The notes: generated from the sequence alone by a model not told the origin. DNA of 64,000 bases from Octopus sinensis (GCF_006345805.1 NC_043017.1:23188001-23252000); one strand, 5' to 3'; numbered from the stretch's first letter, positions 13,249 through 27,637 are shown. Translations and numbers: made by a program.

Positions 13249-13489
13249 TCACAGAATTTCTAATTGAAAGGGTTTACAATCGCACGGAAGAGCCGAAAAC
13301 GTTTTAGGAAAAGATGCTTCCCGATTCATATCAATCAGCAACCGCGTTTTACTTTCATTAATGTTGTCAATGGCATGAGTTAGAGTAGAATAGATAGCTC
13401 CCAAACGTTGGATAAATAACGGATATACGAGAAAACTAATGATGGTCTGTGTCGGCATAAGGAATGAAGAATCTTCGGCTAAGAATGAG
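13249..13489 (-). pseudogene. Candidate coding fragment, weak resemblance to the start of an iGluR/ANF-receptor-type amino-terminal domain
   Basis: 80-codon open frame (...IQRLGAIYSTLTHAIDNINESKTRLL...SFPKTFSALPCD...) in non-repetitive DNA; by-eye similarity only. Confidence 0.2.
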
Positions 13490-13749
13490 GACTATAGTGT
13501 TGTATTGACAAACTAGGAAAATAGTTCTCACAAGTTGATATGATTCTTTGGAACCACTACTGGTAGTCAATGAAGAAGGAATATGCTTCAAAATATAGTA
13601 GAAAGATATTGTTTATGGTTATTTCCTGCCTTTTAGAGACAAATCTAGGATGTCAAGAAAATTTGACTGTTAATTAACAGGCGCATAACATTGATTGATG
13701 GTGATTTGACGCACACTTTTTATATCTTAGAGCTGTCATTGCTAATGCA

Positions 13750-13780
<31 letters not shown>

Positions 13781-13795
13781 TTGTTGTTGTTGTTT

Positions 13796-13851
<56 letters not shown>
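13750..13851. repeat. (CTG)n/(TTG)n microsatellite
   Basis: Directly visible. Confidence 0.95.
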
Positions 13852-14863
13852 AAGGTGCCCTAATAATCTTTGATGTTTAAGGTAAGAGGATCAAATTAAT
13901 TTTCTGCTTTTCCATTAGCTCCCTATATTTGAATCACCGAGCACCATACTTCGAACTTCATACCACCAATATCACTTCCAACGACCTTACTACCTTTCTG
14001 TGTCAGCGCGACCTATGCCGAATGAAATAGTTACTTTAAATATGATACTCGATCGATATATACATTTGTAGACGAAATTAAGTGAGGCAAAATAGCAAAT
14101 ATAATAAACAGAATAGAAATCCCGAGATTAGGAATCCGTGAAATATGCGAACTGGATGCAGTGATTATTAATGAAAAAGAAAACAAAAAAGGGCAAAATA
14201 AAAAGCGGGTAATGGGCTGAAAGAGGTAATGGGTTGGATTCTATTGTCTCATAATCTATTCGAATTTATACAACTCTTTTTGAAGAAAATCTGCACTAAA
14301 AATTTCTCAAATTGTGTGAAGAACAATTGGGTTCTACCTGATAATCCCTTATAGAATTTCTATAAGGTCGAGGGAGGCATGTATGGAAAGGAAGCGAGTA
14401 GAATGAAAAGAAAGCTGTATTAGTTTAAGACAACAATGACATTTAATATTGGATGATAAATAAAAATTTTTTAAATGTTAAAAAGTTGTTTTTATTTATT
14501 TATCTTATTTACTCTTTTGAATTTCTTTTGTTTTCCTTTCTTCAATATTAGGTATTTAAGGGAAAGAATGAGACAGTGGAATTTCAAAATTAGTCATTAT
14601 TAAATTTAAGAAAAAAACTTTTTTGATTTTTTAATCAATCCTTTTAATAATAAAAAAAAAGGAGCTCTTTGTTGCAGCTAGACTTAATTAGTTGGTTAAC
14701 AAAAATGTTAAATATGAAGAGTCATACATACAAGAGATAACCGAAACTGATGTAATATGTTATTATTGTTGTCGTAATTATTAAATTTGCCGTTAATTTT
14801 AATTTATTCTATTTCATTTGGTTCCGTAAGAAAAAAAAATAACATCAATGAAACTATTTTACG

Positions 14864-16690
14864 TCATAAAAGAACACCTAACAAACAAATTATTAACATA
14901 TTAACATTTTGAAATATTTTCAAAGAAAGGGAAATAGGATTTTGTGACGTTCGTGCATATTCATAAGATATTAACGGCAGAGGCCAGCCAGCATTTGTTT
15001 TACGACGGTCACCCCATGAATTTTTAATATCATAAATGCTGGTAGGTGCCATACGAAATCTCTTGATTAGCCAGACTGGATTTTCGGCTGACACCATTTC
15101 ACTTTTCTTATGTAATACAAATGCCTTTGAGAACGGCATAAATATCACGACTTCAAATTTCCTGAAATCCCCACTTCTAAAATTACAGTTGTCTTCGAAG
15201 CAACCAAAAGTAGTTTCCTTAATAGTTAGAGCGAGCAGAGTCTGCAATCCATAGATAAAGCCATCTGACTTTTCTTATGTTAGTAATACTTTTGTTAAAA
15301 GTCTGAATAATAATCCTATCTTCGTTTTCCGGAGTTTCCGCTCCGATAAATAAAAGGCCTCTTATCTGTGAGAGAAAAATATATTATATTTAAATACTTT
15401 AGCGATTGTTGTTGCTTTTGTGGAAGTCGTGGTCAAATTTGACAGTCCAACTGTCGAAGGCTTTCCAACTATGACTAAATTTGTCTTTTGTAAACATGCT
15501 GTACGTACGACTAACTTATCCAATACGTGGTTTGAGGAAGATTTGCCTGTTATTTCTAGTAGGTCAAGTGACTGCATAAAGACGATCTCTCATTGACTCC
15601 GTACCATTAGAAGTTAAATGAGATGGTTAAAATAATAATAGGTCAATTGTTCTGGCTTAGCTGCAAGTTAGCTCCGATCAAGTAGGCCTATTATTAAAGG
15701 CGTACCAACTGTGAACATACTGCCATTTTTCCCCAGGTATAGTGCATCCTAAGTAATGCGCCCTTTATTTTTTAGATTAGTATTGTTGCTGTCAATTTGT
15801 ATACAGTGTCAAAATTTTGCATGGCAAAAAATCACAAAAATGAAAAAAATGACTCAAAAATTTTATTTTCAGAAAAACATAATAAATGTTATTTTGTCAT
15901 CTAAGAAAAGAAAAAGGGTTAAAGTATAGATTTTATTAAAATTCTGGTGATTCTTTTTGTAACTTTAGAGAAAAGATTTTAAAACTTTTGTCGATGTTGT
16001 TAGGGAATTTACCCCTAAAATCCGATAAAATTTGCAAACATTTTACGGTGTTTTTCACGAACGTATTAATTTTGTAACAAAAAATAGACACAGGGTAACA
16101 TTCAAAAACAATTTGATTTTGAAAATTCAAGACATAACTTAACTAAATATCAGATTCCAAAATGTTGCCTTTTACCATTTTTTTTTTTTACAGAAAATTG
16201 GTCGACATTTGACACACTTTTCTCCAATTTTTACCCATCTTATAATTTTCATCAAATTTTGATTAATGTTTCTGACGCTGATTATATCAACTATACTTTT
16301 GAGAGCGATTTTACTTCTTAAAGCGACAGAGAGCTATGGTTGGGCAAGGGCAGTAGTAGCATAACAAACAAAATAAGACAACCTTGATTTACCATCAATC
16401 CCTGCCTCCATTTTCAGAACAGTTGATTGAAACTGGTCTTGAAAACAGTACTGTTCAAGAGATTCTTTTCTCATTTGAAGGCGATATGGTTTCGTTGCTG
16501 AATTTGGAATTGATATTTGGCCATATAATTTTCTATTTTTTCTTTGACTAATAACGAACAAAACATGGATAGGGGCATTCAATGTTATAAATGTAGTGTG
16601 AACTTGAACCGCCAAAGCAATATTCAAAGCAATATTTTTAACCAAGTTATGGTGAAAAAAGATATTATACTCAGTTAAAATTACATCAAT
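14864..16690 (-). pseudogene. Candidate interrupted gene or pseudogene, weakly iGluR/IR amino-terminal-domain-like
   Basis: Four co-oriented open segments (16690-16334, 15589-15362, 15365-15219, 15247-14864) in repeat-poor DNA with co-linear weak motif similarity (HVLFV, PYRLQMRK, NLVIVG, YDI..GW); in-frame stops and a frameshift prevent a clean model. Confidence 0.3.
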
Positions 16691-17577
16691 GGTTATATTA
16701 AACTAATAATTAAGCTGTAAATCAATTTTTTATACTCTATACACATGGGTGTGTTATTCAAGACACTCAACAATGAGACGCCAACTTAATTTTTGTCTTA
16801 GAATACTAAAGAATTGAGACATTTTACCATATTAAAGCGAATAACCATCATCATCTTTACCAGTAAAAACAAAATATAAATCCAATTTCATTTCAGAATT
16901 CCTGTTCTGCAAAAATTACAACTAGCATTCCAGTCCAACCTTCTATTTGCAGTTAAAAACTAGAATTTGTGTATTCTTTTCGTGAAAATTTCTACAAATG
17001 ACTATAAATATCCCATTGCAACATTCTTTTTTTCAAAATTACTAAAGGGATACATTTGAATTTCTTCCACTTACAAAGATTAATATAAACATCAGAGCTG
17101 GTCGTCTTCAGCCTTTTTGTATAAGCCTATTTATGTTATTACATAAAAAAAAAACTGATTATACACGAATTACAAAGAAGTGTATGCTTTCGGGCCAAAC
17201 AACAGAACAACTTATATTTCATCAATATAAAACTAGGTCTAACTGACCGTTTAATTTCTTCTTAATCTGCCAAATTGTAATCTTCAATCATGTGTTAGAA
17301 TATCAAAATATCAACTCAAGTCTCCAAGGTAAACCGCTTTAGAAGTAAAAATGGATTTCTGACAAAATTTTGATTAAGAAAACGTGTGCCCAACCCCTTG
17401 CATCTACACTTTTCAAAAAAGAGCCAAAATCGTTTACAAAAGCCCACCAAAAGGCCTTTTTATACCACTCTGTATTTGAGCAGTTTTATAACCAAAAGGT
17501 TTCCAGCCGTGACAATCCAGGCGTCGTGTTCTAATGCTATCAAATACCCTAGCTTGTACTGTATATATATATGTATG

Positions 17578-17651
<74 letters not shown>

Positions 17652-18200
17652 TATATACAACAACAACAACAACAACCACAACAACCACAACAACGACGAC
17701 GATGATGATGATTAAGGCACAAAGTCAGCAAATTTGAGAGGTGGGGGTCAGTCGTTACTATCGATCTTAGTATTTGACTGGTACTTTATTTTATCGACCC
17801 TAATAGGATGAAAGGCAAAGTAGACTTTGGTTGAGCTCAGCTCGTAAAGAACCGGATCAATTTCTCCAAAGTATTATGTCCGACGTCCTAACGATTCAGC
17901 CAATCCACCACCCTTAAACTGATTTTGATATTAGCACAAAACCTAAGATCTTGTGGGAAACTTAAGTCGAATGCATTGGACGCAGTACTTGACTGGTACT
18001 TTACTTTACTTTACTGACCCTGAAAGGATGAAAGGTAAAGGTGGTATCGGTGGAATTTGGAGTCAGAACATGAAGAACCGGAAGTAGCATTGAAGCACTG
18101 TGGTCAGTGTACATCAGAAACCATTAATAATATTTTATTAAACAATGCTATAACAAAGACATTCCAGCACTGACCATCTTGTCTTTTTCCCAAGTATAAT

Positions 18201-18330
18201 GTTAGTTAGTTAGTTAGTTAATTTGGCTCAAAAGCAAATAGCAAGGCCATGTAGGGGGACATGGAGTTAAGTACAGGGTGGTGTTCATGTAAAGAGTTCA
18301 GGCCACTTGAGGTCCAGGGAGGCTTTGAAC
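18201..18330 (-). mobile_element. 3' terminus of a CR1/L2-type LINE with (TAAC)n tail
   Basis: Minus strand reads FKASLDLKWPELFT* then a short 3'UTR and (TAAC)n tail, the usual CR1-group terminal layout. Confidence 0.55.
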
Positions 18331-18914
18331 AATATCTCACTTTCTAAGATTTCAGGGACATTTGACTGCTATTTCTGGCAAATAAAGCGACCACGTAAAG
18401 GCTCCCTTTTAACTCGTGAAACCGAACGTGAAACTAGTGTGTTTGTGTAGTATGGCAACAAGAAACGTGTCATTAGAAAAGGATGCAGCAACGGACATTC
18501 CACAATATTCCGCCTGACTCATCGACTACTTGCTTCCATCTTCCATTACAATGTTGTCACCGAAATAATATCTAAGATTCGCATATCTACCATTTGCATA
18601 CCCGCCCGCATCCATACATAAAAACGCACGCCTCATTGACACACACATATACACATAGACTTGTACACACACACATGCACACATACACACACATAAGCAC
18701 ATGCACTATCATAGAGTAAACAAAGACATTTCACAATACATCAACACAAACACACATTATACACCCCCACGCCACACACACACACATACACACACACATA
18801 CACATACCGCCGCCGCCGCCGTGAATGCATGGTATATGTGATGTATGCCTGTTTATGTTTGTGCATATGCACAGAAAGTATGTATCTGTGCGTGTGTGTG
18901 TATGTGTGTGTGTG

Positions 18915-18988
18915 CGCGTACATACATACATACATACATACATACATACATACACACACACACATACATACATACATACATACATACA

Positions 18989-19022
<34 letters not shown>

Positions 19023-19064
19023 CATACATACACACACACATACATACATACATACATACATACA

Positions 19065-19096
<32 letters not shown>

Positions 19097-19403
19097 CACA
19101 CATACATACAAACATACACACACACACACACATACATACATACATACATACATACACACACATACATACACACACATACATACATACACACACACACATA
19201 CATACATACATACATACATACATACATACACACACACACATACATACATACATACATACATACATACATACATACATACATACACACACACATACATACA
19301 CACATACATACATACACACACACACATACATACATACATACATACATACATACATACATACATACATACATACATACATACATACATACATACATACATA
19401 CAT
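18915..19403. repeat. (CATA)n/(CA)n compound microsatellite
   Basis: Directly visible. Confidence 0.96.
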
Positions 19404-20990
19404 AACTGCAAAAAATATAAACAACTCATGCGCATACTCTCTTAGCTCCAATATATATAGATATAGACAAACGTACGGATACATGAAAACACATATATCT
19501 GCGTTTGCAGACCTATGTATTTTGCAAAACCTAAATACATAGAATCTCTCACTCAGACACACAGACACAAACTACGCGCACAATGTAGTTAAATTCACAC
19601 ACTCATAGACACTTGTTATAGCCTCACACATGTGTGCACCCACGTGCCTACGTACATACATGCACACATGCACACATGTGCACACTCACATCAACAATGT
19701 ATTCTAACACACTCCCAAACATTCGCATGCCAAAAACTGTATACAAAGTACTAAAAAAATTAAATGTTGATACAATCCCATTTACATATGCACGCACATT
19801 TCTGCTTCGATGCACATGAATACAATTGCTACATAGCCATAGACAATCACATATTTTACCTACACAAAGCATACAAGCATGCACACGCAACATACACATA
19901 CACGCATATAGATACAGATATCTTTGTAAGTTCCACAGTCAACCATGCGTTTTCACTACACATTTTTATTGATACATAAAAACACACACACACTAGGTAA
20001 ATACAACACACGTGCAAATATGAGTATATAAATACATACCTATTATTATGTGCATACATGTGCACTTCATATGCATACAGACGCAGCTACAAACACACAC
20101 ACTTGCACCACACACGTTAGACACAACTGCAAATAAATATACATCTCAATGGATTTCTATCGGTTTCGACGATGAATATTCCAAATTTTCGATGGCTGGA
20201 ATTGACTACTGATTGAAATAGATGTTAAGTGGTTGAATATTCCGCAGATAGCTGTATCCTTAACGTAATTCTCAGAGAAAATCGGCGTAACATTGTGCGT
20301 ACCTAGGATGGACGTTTGAAATACAAGTATGAATCACTTAATGGGCTTCTAAACGGTGTCCATGTATCCAATTTCACTTATGAGAATATGGTAACAGACA
20401 CTTGCTCAAGAGGCTATGCATTGGGATTGAATCTGGAACCTCATGATAGCGATGCGATTTTCTGAACCATTTTTGCCATGCCTATATTTACGCTACGCAC
20501 ATCTACGTTCACTCTATACACAGGCGGACCACCTATAAAGGTATTTGCTTCACATATAGACACGACTGCAAAACATACAATACACAGTAAAGAATAAATA
20601 CATATACAGCACACACATAGAAATACAACCTCATGAGGAACCTCTACGCAGTAGCAAAACCTCCAGAGACACAGTAGTCAAGTTTTTTTCAGATCACACC
20701 TTATTGTCTTATATAAAGGAAAGGTACATTGAACAATGTAGTCCTAGATATTTAAAAATGTAGGATGTTCGTGGTTAGAATGCTTTGACCATAGATCAGA
20801 TCGATGAAAGTTGATATGGGGCTCATTCACAACATCATCATCATTCGCGGAAAGGTACACATGTAGAGGTTACAAATCACACATACATTCACATGCTGGC
20901 GGTACACTAGCATGACATTTGCCATGAGAGCTAAAACAGGCTAAAAGACTAAAAACGTAATTTCTACATTTACACTAAAAACCTACTTAT

Positions 20991-21053
<63 letters not shown>

Positions 21054-21427
21054 CACTCATAATAGGAAGCAGATAATCTATGAGCGAGCACATATTTTCA
21101 AGTAAGGTTGTTAAAATTTGTCGACAAAAATAGAAACACTAAATAATCTGCCCGAAGAAGAAATTATTATTCATTCTAGTAAGGTATTTTGCTAGCACTT
21201 TTGTGCTAACAAAATTCCACAATATGATATGCAAGTGATTTGCAAGGAATATTTAGGACCAATCAACTCGTTTTCTATGCTGTCTAGTAAAGCGCCCTCG
21301 AATTTGATGGTTTAAAAGGCATTCAGAGGACAGACCATGCACTAATAGTGTATCAGCGATTTATCATATCTCTTGAAATTACAGAGATATCACATGGATG
21401 AGAGAAGTTAACATGCTCCGATATTAG

Positions 21428-23067
21428 TTGAATAACTCGAGTTTCGAAATGAAATGGAAGGAAAACATTCCCATGGCAATGAATTTACAATACAGGAAGT
21501 TAAATGCCAAGTACCAAAATTTTCAAGATACTTGTTCTTCATTAAACACTGAGAAACTAGTTTGTTTAATTTGCATAGAAAATGTTACTTTGAAGGTGAC
21601 GAATATCAGGCAACAAACATTTCGTGACCCGCAGGCAAGAAACGATTTAGTAGAACAACAGAAGGCTAGTTTCCTAAAACTGATATCACTTTTTGCTAGG
21701 GAGAGCTGTGGAAAGAAAGAAATATTCATGTCAACTACGAAGTCTTAAACGTGCTACAAAACTAATGAAGCTTTGCACCAAAGGAGAGTTTATCACAGAA
21801 TATTTATTGGCAGCGATGGATATTATTTGTCTTTGCTTGAAAAGAAATGTTTATTTGTAGTTAACCTGTCTATGAGGACTAGCATACAATGAATTTTTAA
21901 AAATGTGAGATGTTAAAATTTGTTCGAGGGTTACTTGTATAGAACTGCCGGTTTGTTTTTTTTCTTTTTCAAATGCCCGCTTGATGAGAGTGCAGAGTTG
22001 AGAGACATTATTGCTCAACTTGTAAGATTTGTACTGAGATTGACCTTATATTTTCAAACATTTGAAGAGTTTATTCGATTAATTCCTATGAATGATGCGA
22101 TTACTGAAACAGATATTTGTAAATTTTGTTGAGCATGATAATAGAAATACAATTTGATGTACAAAATCCAAATCACATCAGTACAATAGTGGAACAGAAG
22201 AAAAGCATCGACGCATGGCTACAAGAACGAACGAAAAGTCTTCAGGTCACACAGGAACAGGTCAAAATAAATCACGTTTATTAATCAACTGGCATTATGT
22301 AACAAATTTTTGAAATTAAGGAATATTATGCATTCTATGGTGAAGGTACTGAATCTGATCCAATCTCAAGGATTAGATAATCGGCAGTTTCAGCAATTTT
22401 TGCTGGTCACTGAGCTGCAAAATGGGGATTCGGCTTATTTTTGCAATGTATGCTAGCTTTGTTGAGTACTTGTGTAACATGTGCAGTCCGGGTACATTGT
22501 AATTATATGGATTCTTTACATTTTTGTGATCCTGGCTGACTTGCAACTTTGTATTTCTTGTGAACATTACATCTCATTTAAATAACTGAATTAACAACCT
22601 CAAGAAAAATCATCTGGTACACGAGTTGCATGGCCATAATGTGGTATTTAAGGAAAGCTGCACTTTGAGAGGAATACCAGTTTCAAAAGAAAAAAATAAA
22701 TCTCCTAGAAGTAGACTTGGTATCAGAAAATTATCAAATGAAATTGACTGAGGTGCAGTGTGACAACATATTGATATCAAAATTTCATTCTGAAGATGTG
22801 TTAGTGCTTAACTGCTATAGAAAATTTAATAATCTAAATGGGAAATATTCTAAATTAGATATTCATGCAAAAATATTTCATTATTGTTTGACAGTAGTTA
22901 TCAGGATGAGTAATTATTTTTATAGCCAAAGCACTTCAAGAACTCTATAATAACAAAACTGATTGATACCCATGTGGATAATGTCTTGCTATTGGCATCA
23001 GCAAGTCTGACACCCAGTACTGAGAAGCTACTAAGCAAAGAAAATCCTCAAGTTACACACAGATTAA
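21428..23067 (+). mobile_element. Decayed hAT transposase, Buster/SPIN (GTF2IRD2-like) family
   Basis: Co-linear fragments: KLVCLICIENV (BED-like finger), LDESAELRDIIAQL..EEFIRLIPM..TETDI (first catalytic D), WLTCNFVFLVNITSHLN, YQMKLTEVQCD (dimerization domain), LIDTHVDNVLLLA..QVTH (C-terminus); many stops and frameshifts. Confidence 0.88.
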
Positions 23068-23538
23068 TCAATTGTTTGCACTAAAATTAATTTTCACTTT
23101 TATTATACTTAATTTACAATGCTTTTATGTTCATGCCTTTTATGCTTTAAAGATTCTTTGTGTCTATTTAATAGATTCGAAAAATTCTATAACTGAAATA
23201 ATTTACAACTAAATTGAGTTCTTTTATTACTAATTAACATCTTTCGCTCCACAAAAATGGTTTCCTACAATGCATCATTCATTGATTTGATGAAACATAT
23301 AGATAGATACATTTAAATGGATAATTCGCATATTTCCATTTTTTTCGGCCTACAGGTATGAACGGTTGCCACCTCTACAGTAAAAATACATAAAAAGAGT
23401 ATGTACATATCTAAATACATGCACACATTCCAACTTCCCCTCAATAGTGCAAACGTTATCATGCTATTTTCCTTTATATACGTATATATGTTTACACACA
23501 CACACACACATATATATATACATATATACATACATATA

Positions 23539-23652
<114 letters not shown>

Positions 23653-24319
23653 ATATATATATATATATATATGCATACATACAGGTATGCATGCATATTC
23701 AGACGTTTGGATTACAACAAGAATGGCACTGAAACATACAGACTTCACATAAAATATTGTTTATGAAAACAAATAGGTATGCACTCCTTCAAACCCATGC
23801 ACACTCAAGTATATAAAGGAGTAACAAGGCATACATGTATAGACACACACATATACACACGGATGTATAAATAACACATACACAAACGTGCGTGTGTCCA
23901 TGTACGTATACAGGTATACAATATGATGTAATCTGTTTAGGATAATACATCGTTACATCAAGTTTTGTTCCTAGTTAAAATCTAAGCAATTTTGGGACGC
24001 TAAACAAAATTGCTCTCTAGAAAAATTACATATATAAATATATCCAAAAGCTTCCAGTATGACATGCAATGTTAAAAATACTCCAAGGGGCATAGCTCAA
24101 TGCATATAAATATTAGTTCGGGGAGTAGATATAAAGTAAGTTAAGTAATAAAAGTACAAAGGTTTATTAAGCAAAAAAGTGGAATGGAAAATTGTACACA
24201 CATATACATATACAACTACAATTACAGACACACATGTACACATTAATGCATGCACAAACATACAAATACAAACACAGGCACACACAAATGCACACGCACA
24301 CACACAAACACCACACACA

Positions 24320-24365
<46 letters not shown>

Positions 24366-25114
24366 ATGAAATAAAACTCAAAACCAATTCATGTTACCGA
24401 ATGGCTTCATGTTAAAGAATCTTCCAAGTGTTGAAAGATAAATCAACAATCATCAGATATGGCTGAATAGAAGAATTTAGCATGAGTTCTTCATTACAGG
24501 AGGCCCAAAACCATCACCTCTCGTTTGTGGCTCTCAGAGATGTTTATTTAAAAAAAAAACGTAACGAAACCCTTGAATGAAAAATACAGTGAAAATTCAG
24601 TACAAAAAACAACTGGCTCTTAAGTCCAGACTTAAGTCGCTCACAGTGGTCACCTTTAGCTCTTGACCTGCACATAAGCATTCAAGTGGTAATTGTCCAC
24701 CTTAGTACTTTGTATAAGTGATTCTGCGATGAAGAGGGTGTAAGGGTGAGGTGAAGAGAGTGAGAAGTACGAGAGGTAGAGAGGAGGTGGAGCGGTTTTT
24801 AGCGGTTATATATGCTCGTGTATATGTCTGAGTGTGTATGTGCTAGATATGAGGGAAATAAATTTTATTAATATACGAAGAACCAAACCTTTCTGTTAGG
24901 ATGGAACCAACCAATTGAAAAAGATATATTTCCATTCGTGAGGACAAGGGGAAGATATCTCCCTTTTAAACTTCAGATAGGTCTCTGGGTGGTGAAAATC
25001 CTTTAATATGATCCTGTTCTCTACGAAGTCTGCACTCCTACAGCTGTTGAGGTAAACTCTGCGTTTTCAAGTAATCTTCATTTCCAGTTTTTTTTTTCTG
25101 ACTTATGAAAAGTT

Positions 25115-25149
<35 letters not shown>

Positions 25150-25392
25150 TCACCACCACCACCACACACATACATCATTCTGTGTTTTATCTTTTACTTG
25201 TTTCAGTCATTGGACCAGAGCTGTTCAGGGACACCGCTTTGAAGCATTTAGTTGAACAAATCGAGCCCAGTACTTCTTTTAAAGCCTGACACTTATTATT
25301 TCCCTCACCGTTTGCCGGACCACTAGTTTACGAGATAAACTTACATGTAAACTTATACATATATTGACTTATATATGTATACATACATAACA

Positions 25393-25530
25393 GGAAAGTT
25401 TACGAAAAGAAACAAAAGACGAAGGCAGGTGGAGTACAAACAAACAAATGTATTAGTATAGCGCTCAGGAATAGAAACAGAAAAAGTCTTTTACGTTTCG
25501 AGCCTACGCTCTTCGACAGAAAGATACACA
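25393..25530 (-). mobile_element. Penelope-like terminal-repeat unit (monomer)
   Basis: Reverse complement is homologous to 58385-58523 (CCTGAGCG..TACTAATACA..CCACCTGCCTTCGTCTTT) and carries the hammerhead motif. Confidence 0.7.
25487..25524 (-). ncRNA. Minimal type-I hammerhead ribozyme motif (core CUGUCGA)
   Basis: UCUUU-CUGUCGA-A-GAGC(GUAG)GCUC-GAAAC-GUA-AAAGA: stem I 5 bp, stem II 4 bp, palindromic ACGU stem III. Confidence 0.65.
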
Positions 25531-26174
25531 GAAAAAAAACAAGGAGAGAAAAAGTGCGTGTAGGAGCTAACGATCTATCATGGCGTCCTGACTTTGGACA
25601 GTGGTCAGACGCGAGAGGGACAGTAGGGGAGATAAGAGGGTCAAGTGACTTCCAATACGAAGGTGCCCCCAACACAAAGGTGCGTGTGTGTATAAGAGAG
25701 TATGTATGTGCGTGTGAAAGAGGGCTGGTGGTCTGGACGTGTGTGTGTATGTATGTGTGGGTGTGGAGATGTGGGGATGGGTGTGTCGGTGGTGTGGCAC
25801 GCACGCACGCATGCATTTATGTATGTAATATATTCCTATATATTTCACGTTACGCTAAGAAGCAGTGTAGTGCACGATACAAGAATTTTCGACTCGAGTC
25901 AATTGTAACAAACTACTCCAATTCGTTGTTAAAGCATAAATGGAGTTTAGACCAGCGAGTTTGTACGGGTACCGAGTCATATAAGTTGTAATTATGAAAT
26001 CAAACCAAATGATGATATTTTGAAATCATTTAATACGTGTGTTTCAGGTTTGTACTATATAAAAGAGAAAATACATACATCTTCCTCAGTGAAAACATTT
26101 CAAACGTTTGAAACGTGCGTATGCAACAATGATTTGAGAATATCCACTATTTGGTTAGACCTCGTAATTACAAC

Positions 26175-26219
<45 letters not shown>

Positions 26220-26555
26220 TGCGTGTGATGTGTGCGTGCTTACGTGTGTGTGTGTGTGCGTGTGGGTGCGCGTTTGTGTGTTTATGTGTGCATACGTATG
26301 TATGTATGTATGTACTGGGCACACGTGTTTATGTCTGTGTGTGCGTGAGCGCTCATGTGTGTGCGTGTGTGTATATAAAAAAACATCAGAGCCAGATTAG
26401 GGCCAACTGATGCCTTAAGCACCACCTGACAAAGATGTCCCTCTCCCCTTCAACTGACAAGACACATTCAAAGTGTTGAATAGGAATAATACATTTCATT
26501 TAAGTTTTAATCGAGACCAGACAAAATCCCAACCTTCTTCTTCTTCTTCTTCTTC

Positions 26556-26636
<81 letters not shown>

Positions 26637-26969
26637 TATTATTATTATTATTATTATTTTATCTATCAGTAAATAGCAGTAAGCAGCATAAGCTTACTTA
26701 TAACTGGGACAACAGAAAGGCTACAAATTTTCAATATATTTTTATCCATTAAAAAGGAAAACTTAATTTAGCAATGGCACCTGTGTAGATGCCGTACTTG
26801 ATGCCCTAAGCACGTGCTTATATTGTTTACTGTTTAACCCAGGCCTAATAAACATACGCAACCATACAATGAGACACAATACTCACACACACACACACAC
26901 CTTTCTCTCTCCCCTCTCCCTCCCTCTCTCTCTCTCTCCGCATACATACATACATACATACATACATAC

Positions 26970-27015
<46 letters not shown>

Positions 27016-27637
27016 TGAGTGTGTCTGTGTGTCTGTGTATGTGTGTGTGTGTGTCTGTGTGTGTGTATGTGTGTGTTTGTGTAAGCGCGCTTCGCAACTA
27101 CGTGGTTCCAGGTTCGATCTCACAGCGTGTCATAATGGACGAATGCTTTCAACTTTATCATCCTCGAACTGTCAATAGTTGAAAGAAAACAAACATTGGC
27201 CTTTGGATATTATTGACGTTTTGCAGTACCCCCCCCCCCAACGCCCATTTCCTTTATTAATACTCATTAATTTCTTTGTTTTATTGCAGGTAACAACTGA
27301 TATAAAAAAAAAGCTTCAGCATCAGGATCAAGTACAATCAATGAAAATGTGTGGGTCCGTGACTAATTAGGAAGTTAATTATGCATAGTCTTTTCTGAAT
27401 ATCACGTATGAATATTCAGCTTCTGCTGAACGAACTGCACAAATGATTTGTTTATAGTGATCAAATGTTCGTGCCGCACATTACCTCACTCTCTCCATCA
27501 AATCAAGGTTGCTTGAACAGATGCAGTATGTACCACGCGTCAGGTGTGTGTTTTGCTCAAGAACACAACGCCCCACCCGGTCTAGGAATTGAAATCACGA
27601 TCGTTAGATCGTGAGTGCAAACCCATTTCTATTACCC

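Noticed and set aside
15011-15025. KNSWG motif suggesting a papain-family cysteine protease
   Set aside because: No catalytic His or QCGSCWAF context nearby; a five-residue match is expected by chance.
15453-15470. Plus-strand VEGFPT, thioredoxin/PDI-like
   Set aside because: It is the antisense in-frame shadow of the minus-strand open segment; no CxxC motif or supporting exons.
16266-16364. 32-aa plus-strand ORF resembling a signal peptide (MFLTLIISTILL..)
   Set aside because: Stops immediately with no clear donor; T-rich DNA yields hydrophobic peptides by default.
24619-24636. Perfect 8-bp hairpin CTTAAGTC-CA-GACTTAAG checked as a ribozyme stem
   Set aside because: No CUGANGA/GAAA core around it on either strand.
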